Part shown: one piece after another, positions 53,001-64,000 of the stretch
Layout of the letters: each line of letters begins with the position of its first letter
Numbering within the stretch: position 1 is the stretch's first letter
NCBI RefSeq assembly: GCF_964355755.1
Contig: NC_092675.1
Coordinates: 13,263,812-13,327,811 of the forward strand
DNA length: 64,000 bases
Source: Antedon mediterranea
Taxonomy: Eukaryota > Animalia > Echinodermata
Direction: 5' to 3'
Translations under genes and position numbers: made by a program
The notes under the pieces: generated by a model
What the model was told of the DNA's origin: nothing
The model's database searches: none
Seen by the model: only the letters and a program-made list of their open reading frames with translations

Positions 53001-53830
53001 ATTTTCGAAAAAACTTGTTAACATAAAAACACGAAAGTGCTTAGAATAGCTTCAAATCGCATTTGGAAACGTTTTAGACCATTTTGTGATTTTCGAAAAA
53101 ACTTGTTAACATAAAAACACGAAAGTGCTTAGAATCACATTATAAACCGTTTTAGACCATTTTGAGCATTTCGATAACAATTTTCACACAAAAACATCAA
53201 AGAGCACAAAATAGCTTAATATCGTATTTAAAAATGTTTTAGACCATTTTGAGCATTTAGATAAAACTTTTTCACACAAAACACCAAAGTGCTTAGAATA
53301 GCTTCAAATCGCATTTGGAGACGTTTTAGACCATTTTGTGATTTTTGAAAAAACTTGTTAACATAAAAACACCAAAGTGCTTAGAATAGCTTCAAATCAT
53401 ATTTGGAGATGTTTTAGACCATTTTGTGATTTTTGAAAAAACTTGTTAACATAAAAACACGAAAGTGCTTAGAATAGCTTCAAATCACATTTGGAGACGT
53501 TTTAGACCATTTTGTGATTTTTGAAAAAACTTGTTAACATAAAAACACGAAAGTGCTTAGAATAGCTTCAAATCGCATTTGGAAACGTTTTAGACCATTT
53601 TGTGATTTTCGAAAAAGATTGTTAACATAAAAACACCAATGTGCTTAGAATCACATTATAAACCGTTTTAGACCATTTTGAGCATTTCGATAACAATTTT
53701 CACACAAAAACATCAAAGAGCACAAAATAACTTAATATCGTATTTATAAATGTTTTAGACCATTTTGAGCATTTCGACAAAACTTTTTCACACAAAACAC
53801 CAAAGTGCTTAGAATAGCTTCAAATCGCAT
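50040..53830 (+). repeat. Direct repeat of a ~1.5-kb block at 2292-bp offset
   Basis: CACGAAAGTGCTTAGAATCAC junction (AATCAC 50841/53133) and private CAAAATAACTTAAT (51431/53723). Confidence 0.87.
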
Positions 53831-56800
53831 TTGGAGACGTTTTAGACCATTTTGTGATTTCGATGAAACTTGATTACACAAAAACATCAAAGTGCTTAAA
53901 ATCACATTATAAACCGTTTTAGACCATTTTGAGCATTTCGATAACACTTTTCACACAAAAACATCAAAGAGCAAAAAATAGCTTAATATCGTATTTAAAA
54001 ACGTTTTAGACCATTTTGAGCATTTAGACAAAACTTTTTCACACAAAACACCAAAGTGCTTAGAATAGCTTCAAATCGCATTTGGAGACGTTTTAGAACA
54101 TTTTGTGTTTTTCGAAAAAAACTGTTAACATAAAAACACCAAAGTGCTTAGAATAGCTTCAAATCGCATTTGGAGACCTTTTAGAACATTTTGTGTTCTT
54201 CGAAAAAACCTGTTAACATAAAAACACCAAAGTGCTTAGAATAGCTTCAAATCGCATTTGGAGACGTTTTAGACCATTTTGTGATTTTTGAAAAAACTTG
54301 TTAACATAAAAACACCAAAGTGCTTAGAATAGCTTCAAATCACATTTGGAGACGTTTTAGACCATTTTGTGATTTTCGAAAAAACTTGTTAACATAAAAA
54401 CACCAAAGTGCTTAGAATAGCGTCAAATCGTATTTGGAGACGTTTTAGACCATTTTGTGATTTTCGAAAAAACTTGTTAACATAAAAACACCAAAGTGCT
54501 TAGAATAGCTTCAAATCGCATTTGGAGACAGTTTAGACCATTTTATGATTTTGAAAAAACTTGTTAACATAAAAACACCAAAGTGCTTAGAATAGCTTCA
54601 AATCGCATTTGGAGACGTTTTAGACCATTTTGTGATTTTCGAAAAAACTTGTTAACATAAAAACACCAAAGTGCTTAGAATAGCTTCAAATCACATTTGG
54701 AGACATTTTAGACCATAAGTGCTTAGAATCACATTATAAACCGTTTTAGACCATTTTGAGCATTTCGATAACAATTTTCACACAAAAACATCAAAGAGCA
54801 CAAAATAGCTTAATATCGTATTTAAAAATGTTTTAGACCATTTTGAGCATTTAGATAAAACTTTTTCACACAAAACACCAAAGTGCTTAGAATAGCTTCA
54901 AATCGCATTTGGAGACGTTTTAGACCAATTTGTGATTTTTGAAAAAACGTGTTAACATAAAAACACCAAAGTGCTTAGAATAGCTTCAAATCACATTTGG
55001 AGACGTTTTAGACCATTTTGTGATTTTGAACAAACTTGTTAACATAAAAACACCAAAGTGCTTAGAATAGCTTCAAATCGTATTTGGAGACGTTTTAGAC
55101 CATTTTGAGATTTTCGAAAAAACTTGGTTACACAAAAACATCAAAGTGCTTAAAATCACATTATAAACCGTTTTAGACCATTTTGAGCATTTCGATAACA
55201 CTTTTCACACAAAAACATCAAAGAGCACAAAATAGCTTAATATCGTATTTAAAAACGTTTTAGACCATTTTGAGCATTTCGACAAAACTTTTTCACACAA
55301 AACACCAAAGTGCTTAGAATAGCTTCAAATCGCATTTGGAGACGTTTTAGACCAATTTGTGCATTTCGATGAAACTTGATTACACAAAAACATCAAAGTG
55401 CTTAAAATCACATTATAAAACGTTTTAGACCATTTTGAGCATTTCGATAACACTTTTCACACAAAAACATCAAAGAGCACAAAATAGCTTAATATCGTAT
55501 TTAAAAACGTTTTAGACCATTTTGAGCATTTAGACAAAACTTTTTCACACAAAACACCAAAGTGCTTAGAATAGCTTCAAATCGCATTTGGAGACGTTTT
55601 AGACCATTTTGTGCATTTCGATGAAACTTGGTTACACAAAAACATCAAAGTGCTTAAAATCACATTATAAATCGTTTTAGACCATTTTGAGCATTTCGAC
55701 AAAACTTTTTCACACAAAATACCAAAGTGCTTAGAATAGCTTCAAATCGCATTTGGAGACGTTTTAGACCATTTTGTGATTTTCGAAAAAACTTTTTAAC
55801 ATAAAAACACAAAAGTGCTTAGAATAGCTTCAAATCACATTTGGAGACATTTTAGACCATTTTGTGATTTTCGAAAAAACTTGTTAACATAAAAACACGA
55901 AGTGCTTAGAATAGCTTCAAATCGCATTTGGAAACGTTTTAGACCATTTTGTGATTTTCGAAAAAAATTGTTAACATAAAAACACCAAAGTGCTTAGAAT
56001 CACATTATAAACCGTTTTAGACCATTTTGAGCATTTCGATAACAATTTTCACACAAAAACATCAAAGAGCACAAAATAGCTTAATATCGTATTTAAAAAT
56101 GTTTTAGACCATTTTGAGCATTTAGATAAAACTTTTTCAAACAAAACACCAAAGTGCTTAGAATAGCTTCAAATCGCATTTGGAGACGTTTTAGACCATT
56201 TTGTGATTTTTGAAAAAACTTGTTAACATAAAAACACCAAAGTGCTTAGAATAGCTTCAAATCACATTTGGAGACGTTTTAGACCATTTTGTGATTTTCG
56301 AAAAAACTTGTTAACATAAAAACACGAAAGTGCTTAGAATAGCTTCAAATCGCATTTGGAAACGTTTTAGACCATTTTGTGATTTTCGAAAAAACTTGTT
56401 AACATAAAAACACGAAAGTGCTTAGAATAGCTTCAAATCGCATTTGGAAACGTTTTAGACCATTTTGTGATTTTCGAAAAAACTTGTTAACATAAAAACA
56501 CGAAAGTGCTTAGAATAGCTTCAAATCGCATTTGGAAACGTTTTAGACCATTTTGTGATTTTCGAAAAAAAATTGTTAACATAAAAACACCAAAGTGTTT
56601 AGAATAGCTTCAAATCGCATTTGGAGACGTTTTAGACCAATTTGTGATTTTCGAAAAAACTTATCAACATAAAAACACCAAAGGGTTTAGAATAGCTTCA
56701 AATCGCATTTGGAGACGTTTTAGACCATTTTGTGATTTTGAAAAAACTTGTTAACATAAAAACACCAAAGTGCTTAGAATAGCATCAAATCGCATTTGGA

Positions 56801-59800
56801 GACGTTTTAGACCATTTTGTGATTTTCGAAAAAACTTGTTAACATAAAAACACCAAAGTGCTTAGAATAGCTTCAAATCGTATTTGGAGACGTTTTAGAC
56901 CATTTTGAGATTTTCGAAAAAACTTGGTTACACAAAAACATCAAAGTGCTTAAAATCACATTATAAACCGTTTTAGACCATTTTGAGCATTTCGGTAACA
57001 CTTTTCACACAAAAACATCAAAGAGCACAAAATAGCTTAATATCGTATTTAAAAACGTTTTAGACCATTTTGAGCCTTTAGACAAAACTTTTTCACACAA
57101 AACACCAAAGTGCTTAGAATAGCTTCAAATCGCATTTGGAGACGTTTTAGACCATTTTGTGCATTTCGATGAAACTTGGTTACACAAAAACATCAAAGTG
57201 CTTAAAATCACATTATAAATCGTTTTAGACCATTTTGAGCATTTCGACAAAACTTTTTCACACAAAATACCAAAGTGCTTAGAATAGCTTCAAATCGCAT
57301 TTGGAGACGTTTTAGACCATTTTGTGATTTTCGAAAAAACTTTTTAACATAAAAACACCAAAGTGCTTAGAATAGCTTCAAATCACATTTGGAGACGTTT
57401 TAGACCATAAGTGCTTAGAATCACATTATAAACCGTTTTAGACCATTTTGAGCATTTCGATAACAATTTTCACACAAAAACATCAAAGAGCACAAAATAG
57501 CTTAATATCGTATTTAAAAATGTTTTAGACCATTTTGAGCATTTAGATAAAACTTTTTCACACAAAACACCAAAGTGCTTAGAATAGCTTCAAATCGCAT
57601 TTGGAGACGTTTTAGACCATTTTGTGATTTTTGAAAAAACTTGTTAACATAAAAACACCAAAGTGCTTAGAATAGCTTCAAATCACATTTGGAGACGTTT
57701 TAGACCATTTTGTGATTTTCGAAAAAACTTGTTAACATAAAAACACGAAAGTGCTTAGAATAGCTTCAAATCGCATTTGGAAACGTTTTAGACCATTTAG
57801 TGATTTTCGAAAAAACTTGTTAACATAAAAACACGAAAGTGCTTAGAATAGCTTCAAATCGCATTTGGAAACGTTTTAGACCATTTTGTGATTTTCGAAA
57901 AAAATTGTTAACATAAAAACACCAAAGTGTTTAGAATAGCTTCAAATCGCATTTGGAGACGTTTTAGACCAATTTGTGATTTTCGAAAAAACTTATCAAC
58001 ATAAAAACACCAAAGGGTTTAGAATAGCTTCAAATCGCATTTGGAGACGTTTTAGACCATTTTGTGATTTTCGAAAAAACTTGTTAACATAAAAACACGA
58101 AAGTGCTTAGAATAGCTTCAAATCGCATTTGGAAACGTTTTAGACCATTTTGTGATTTTCGAAAAAACTTGTTAACATAAAAACATGAAAGTGCTTAGAA
58201 TAGCTTCAAATCGTATTTGGAGACGTTTTAGACCATTTTGAGATTTTCGAAAAAAACTGTTAACATAAAAACACCAAAGTGCTTAGAATAGCTTCAAATC
58301 GCATTTGGAGATGTTTTAGAACATTTTGTGTTCTTCGAAAAAACCTGTTAACATAAAAACACCAAAGTGCTTAGAATAGCTTCAAATCGCATTTGGAGAC
58401 GTTTTAGACCATTTTGTGATTTTTGAAAAAACTTGTTAACATAAAAACACCAAAGTGCTTAGAATAGCTTCAAATCGCATTTGGAAACGTTTTAGACCAT
58501 TTTGTGATTTTCGAAAAAGATTGTTAACATAAAAACACCAAAGTGCTTAGAATCACAATATAAACCGTTTTAGACCATTTTGAGCATTTCGATAACAATT
58601 TTCACACAAAAACATCAAAGAGCACAAAATAGCTTAATATCGTATTTAAAAATGTTTTAGACCATTTTGAGCATTTAGATAAAACTTTTTCACACAAAAC
58701 ACCAAAGTGCTTAGAATAGCTTCAAATCGCATTTGGAGACGGTTTAGACCATTTTGTGATTTTGAAAAAACTTGTTAACATAAAAACACCAAAGTGCTTA
58801 GAATAGCTTCAAATCGCATTTGGAGACGTTTTAGATCATTTTGTGATTTTCGAAAGAACTTGTTAACATAAAAACACCAAAGTGCTTAGAATAGCTTCAA
58901 ATCGTATTTGGAGACGTTTTAGACCATTTTGAGATTTTCGAAAAAACTTGGTTACACAAAAACATCAAAGTGCTTAAAATCACATTATAAACCGTTTTAG
59001 ACCATTTTGAACATTTCGATAACACTTTTCACACAAAAACATCAAAGAGCACAAAATAGCTTAATATCGTATTTAAAAACGTTTTAGACCATTTTGAGCA
59101 TTTCGACAAAACTTTTTCACACAAAACACCAAAGTGCTTAGAATAGCTTCAAATCGCATTTGGAGACGTTTTAGACCAATTTGTGCATTTCGATGAAACT
59201 TGATTACACAAAAACATCAACGTGCTTAAAATCACATTATAAACCGTTTTAGACCATTTTGAGCATTTCGATAACACTTTTCACACAAAAACATCAAAGA
59301 GCACAAAATAGCTTAATATCGTATTTAAAAAACGTTTTAGACCATTTTTTGAGCATTTAGACAAAACTTTTTCACACAAAACACCAAAGTGCTTAGAATA
59401 GCTTCAAATCGCATTTGGAGACGTTTTAGACCATTTTGTGATTTTCGAAAAAACTTATCAACATAAAAACACCAAAGGGTTTAGAATAGCTTCAAATCGC
59501 ATTTGAAGACGTTTTAGACCATTTTGTGATTTTTGAAAAAACTTGTTAACATAAAAACACCAAAGTGCTTAGAATAGCTTCAAATCACATTTGGAGACGT
59601 TTTAGACCATTTTGTGATTTTCGAAAAAACTTGTTAACATAAAAACACGAAAGTGCTTAGAATAGCTTCAAATCGCATTTGGAAACGTTTTAGACCATTT
59701 TGTGATTTTCGAAAAAGATTGTTAACATAAAAACACCAAAGTGCTTAGAATCACAATATAAACCGTTTTAGACCATTTTGAGCATTTCGATAACAATTTT

Positions 59801-62800
59801 CACACAAAAACATCAAAGAGCACAAAATAGCTTAATATCGTATTTAAAAATGTTTTAGACCATTTTGAGCATTTAGATAAAATTTTTCACACAAAACACC
59901 AAAGTGCTTAGAATAGCTTCAAATCGCATTTGGAGACGGTTTAGACCATTTTGTGATTTTGAAAAAACTTGTTAACATAAAAACACCAAAGTGCTTAGAA
60001 TAGCTTCAAATCGCATTTGGAGACGTTTTAGACCATTTTGTGATTTTCGAAAAAACTTGTTAACATAAAAACACCAAAGTGCTTAGAATAGCTTCAAATC
60101 GTATTTGGAGACGTTTTAGACCATTTTGAGATTTTCGAAAAAACTTGGTTACACAAAAACATCAAAGTGCTTAAAATCACATTATAAACCGTTTTAGACC
60201 ATTTTGAACATTTCGATAACACTTTTCACACAAAAACATCAAAGAGCACAAAATAGCTTAATATCGTATTTAAAAACGTTTTAGACCATTTTGAGCATTT
60301 AGATAAAACTTTTTCACACAAAACACCAAAGTGCTTAGAATAGCTTCAAATCGCATTTGGAGACGTTTTAGACCAATTTGTGATTTTTGAAAAAACTTGT
60401 TAACATAAAAACACCAAAGTGCTTAGAATAGCTTCAAATCACATTTGGAGACGTTTTAGACCATTTTGTGATTTTGAACAAACTTGTTAACATAAAAACA
60501 CCAAAGTGCTTAGAATAGCTTCAAATCGTATTTGGAGACGTTTTAGACCATTTTGAGATTTTCGAAAAAACTTGGTTACACAAAAACATCAAAGTGCTTA
60601 AAATCACATTATAAACCGTTTTAGACCATTTTGAGCATTTCGATAACACTTTTCACACAAAAACATCAAAGAGCACAAAATAGCTTAATATCGTATTTAA
60701 AAACGTTTTAGACCATTTTGAGCATTTAGACAAAACTTTTTCACACAAAACACCAAAGTGCTTAGAATAGCTTCAAATCGCATTTGGAGACGTTTTAGAC
60801 CAATTTGTGCATTTCGATGAAACTTGATTACACAAAAACATCAACGTGCTTAAAATCACATTATAAACCGTTTTAGACCATTTTGAGAATTTCGATAACA
60901 CTTTTCACACAAAAACATCAAAGAGCACAAAATAGCTTAATATCGTATTTAAAAACGTTTTAGACCATTTTGAGCATTTAGACAAAACTTTTTCACACAA
61001 AACACCAAAGTGCTTAGAATAGCTTCAAATCGCATTTGGAGACGTTTTAGACCATTTTGTGCATTTCGATGAAACTTGGTTACACAAAAACATCAAAGTG
61101 CTTAAAATCACATTATAAATCGTTTTAGACCATTTTGAGCATTTCGACAAAACTTTTTCACACAAAATACCAAAGGGCTTAGAATAGCTTCAAATCGCAT
61201 TTGGAGACGTTTTAGACCATTTTGTGATTTTCGAAAAAACTTTTTAACATAAAAAGACCAAAGTGCTTAGAATAGCTTCAAATCACATTTGGAGACGTTT
61301 TAGACCATTTTGTGATTTTCGAAAAAACTTGTTAACATAAAAACACGAAAGTGCTTAGAATAGCTTCAAATCGCATTTGGAAACGTTTTAGACCATTTTG
61401 TGATTTTCGAAAAAAATTGTTAACATAAAAACACCAAAGTGCTTAGAATCACATTATAAACCGTTTTAGACCATTTTGAGCATTTCGATAACAATTTTCA
61501 CACAAAAACATCAAAGAGCACAAAATAGCTTAATATCGTATTTAAAAATGTTTTAGACCATTTTGAGCATTTAGATAAAACTTTTTCACACAAAACACCA
61601 AAGTGCTTAGAATAGCTTCAAATCGCATTTGGAGACGTTTTAGACCATTTTGTGATTTTTGAAAAAACTTGTTAACATAAAAACACCAAAGTGCTTAGAA
61701 TAGCTTCAAATCACATTTGGAGACGTTTTAGACCATTTTGTGATTTTCGAAAAAACTTGTTAACATAAAAACACGAAAGTGCTTAGAATAGCTTCAAATC
61801 GCATTTGGAAACGTTTTAGACCATTTTGTGATTTTCGAAAAAACTTGTTAACATAAAAACACGAAAGTGCTTAGAATAGCTTCAAATCGCATTTGGAAAC
61901 GTTTTAGACCATTTTGTGATTTTCGAAAAAACTTGTTAACATAAAAACACGAAAGTGCTTAGAATAGCTTCAAATCGCATTTGGAAACGTTTTAGACCAT
62001 TTTGTGATTTTCGAAAAAAAATTGTTAACATAAAAACACCAAAGTGTTTAGAATAGCTTCAAATCGCATTTGGAGACGTTTTAGACCAATTTGTGATTTT
62101 CGAAAAAACTTATCAACATAAAAACACCAAAGGGTTTAGAATAGCTTCAAATCGCATTTGGAGACGTTTTAGACCATTTTGTGATTTTGAAAAAACTTGT
62201 TAACATAAAAACACCAAAGTGCTTAGAATAGCTTCAAATCGCATTTGGAGACGTTTTAGACCATTTTGTGATTTTCGAAAAAACTTGTTAACATAAAAAC
62301 ACCAAAGTGCTTAGAATAGCTTCAAATCGTATTTGGAGACGTTTTAGACCATTTTGAGATTTTCGAAAAAACTTGGTTACACAAAAACATCAAAGTGCTT
62401 AAAATCACATTATAAACCGTTTTAGACCATTTTGAGCATTTCGGTAACACTTTTCACACAAAAACATCAAAGAGCACAAAATAGCTTAATATCGTATTTA
62501 AAAACGTTTTAGACCATTTTGAGCCTTTAGACAAAACTTTTTCACACAAAACACCAAAGTGCTTAGAATAGCTTCAAATCGCATTTGGAGACGTTTTAGA
62601 CCATTTTGTGCATTTCGATGAAACTTGGTTACACAAAAACATCAAAGTGCTTAAAATCACATTATAAATCGTTTTAGACCATTTTGAGCATTTCGACAAA
62701 ACTTTTTCACACAAAATACCAAAGTGCTTAGAATAGCTTCAAATCGCATTTGGAGACGTTTTAGACCATTTTGTGATTTTCGAAAAAACTTTTTAACATA

Positions 62801-64000
62801 AAAACACCAAAGTGCTTAGAATAGCTTCAAATCACATTTGGAGACGTTTTAGACCATAAGTGCTTAGAATCACATTATAAACCGTTTTAGACCATTTTGA
62901 GCATTTCGATAACAATTTTCACACAAAAACACCAAAGAGCACAAAATAGCTTAATATCGTATTTAAAAATGTTTTAGACAATTTTGAGCATTTAGATAAA
63001 ACTTTTTCACACAAAACACCAAAGTTCTTAGAATAGCTTCAAATCGCATTTGGAGACGTTTTAGACCATTTTGTGATTTTTGAAAAAACTTGTTAACATA
63101 AAAACACCAAAGTGCTTAGAATAGCTTCAAATCACATTTGGAGACGTTTTAGACCATTTTGTGATTTTCGAAAAAACTTGTTAACATAAAAACACGAAAG
63201 TGCTTAGAATAGCTTCAAATCGCATTTGGAAACGTTTTAGACCATTTAGTGATTTTCGAAAAAACTTGTTAACATAAAAACACGAAAGTGCTTAGAATAG
63301 CTTCAAATCGCATTTGGAAACGTTTTAGACCATTTTGTGATTTTCGAAAAAAATTGTTAACATAAAAACACCAAAGTGTTTAGAATAGCTTCAAATCGCA
63401 TTTGGAGACGTTTTAGACCAATTTGTGATTTTCGAAAAAACTTATCAACATAAAAACACCAAAGGGTTTAGAATAGCTTCAAATCGCATTTGGAGACGTT
63501 TTAGACCATTTTGTGATTTTCGAAAAAACTTGTTAACATAAAAACACGAAAGTGCTTAGAATAGCTTCAAATCGCATTTGGAAACGTTTTAGACCATTTT
63601 GTGATTTTCGAAAAAACTTGTTAACATAAAAACATGAAAGTGCTTAGAATAGCTTCAAATCGTATTTGGAGACGTTTTAGACCATTTTGTGATTTTCGAA
63701 AAAACTTGTTAACATAAAAACACCAATGTGCTTAGAATAGCTTCAAATCGCATTTTGAGACGTTTTAGACCATTTTGTGCATTTCGATGAAACTTGGTTA
63801 CACAAAAACATCAAAGTGCTTAAAATCACATTATAAACCATTTTAGACCATTTTGAGCATTTCGATAACACTTTTCACACAAAAACATCAAAGAGCACAA
63901 AATAGCTTAATATCGTATTTAAAAACGTTTTAGACCATTTTGAGCATTTCGACAAAACTTTTTCACACAAAACACCAAAGTGCTTAGAATAGCTTCAAAT

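Larger units (their letters stand above)
1..64000 (+). repeat. Tandem satellite DNA array, ~88-bp monomer family with higher-order structure; runs off both window ends
   Basis: The whole window parses into 77-89-bp monomers (plus rare deletion variants) starting AAAGTGCTTA/AAAGAGCACA and sharing the core GTTTTAGACCA(T/A)TTTG. All are in the same orientation and I found no unique intervening sequence. Confidence 0.99.

Noticed and set aside
53744-53947. 67-aa ORF (-)
   Set aside because: Antisense translation of B/D/C monomers. Its similarity to the 21.5-kb ORF only reflects the repeat.
1-64000. CRISPR-like array (conserved box alternating with variable segments)
   Set aside because: The variable segments are homologous, recurrent alleles rather than unique spacers, and there is no leader or cas gene.
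1-64000. tRNA, 5S or rDNA-spacer tandem array (77-88-bp units)
   Set aside because: No cloverleaf, A/B boxes or rRNA similarity is recognisable, and no rRNA gene flanks appear in 64 kb.
1-64000. Transposon insertions, inversions or a giant repeat-protein gene
   Set aside because: I found no foreign sequence or reverse-strand monomers by eye. Monomer lengths of 88 and 77 are not multiples of 3 and stops are frequent.

Overview
The whole 64-kb window is one uninterrupted, head-to-tail, single-orientation array of AT-rich satellite DNA (main monomer about 32% GC). It holds roughly 750 monomers, an estimate from mean monomer length. I see no genes, RNA genes, transposon insertions, inversions or CRISPR spacers, and the three listed ORFs are chance read-throughs of the repeat. 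The array is built from related monomer types: A (88 bp), D (88 bp), B (77 bp), C (87 bp), a B/C chimera B' (77 bp), an 89-bp divergent type and a 49-bp truncated type. These follow a largely fixed order and are arranged in nested higher-order repeats (252, 514, 682/683, 1197, 1396, 2292, about 3000-3500 and 3976 bp). Dispersed block copies also occur 5-47 kb apart and can be traced by private variants. The monomer shows about 10-bp periodicity, several short dyads and a CpG-decay pattern. A eukaryotic centromeric or heterochromatic origin is plausible but is inference. I do not recognise the satellite family or organism. All offsets were counted by hand from marker variants, and block edges are approximate.
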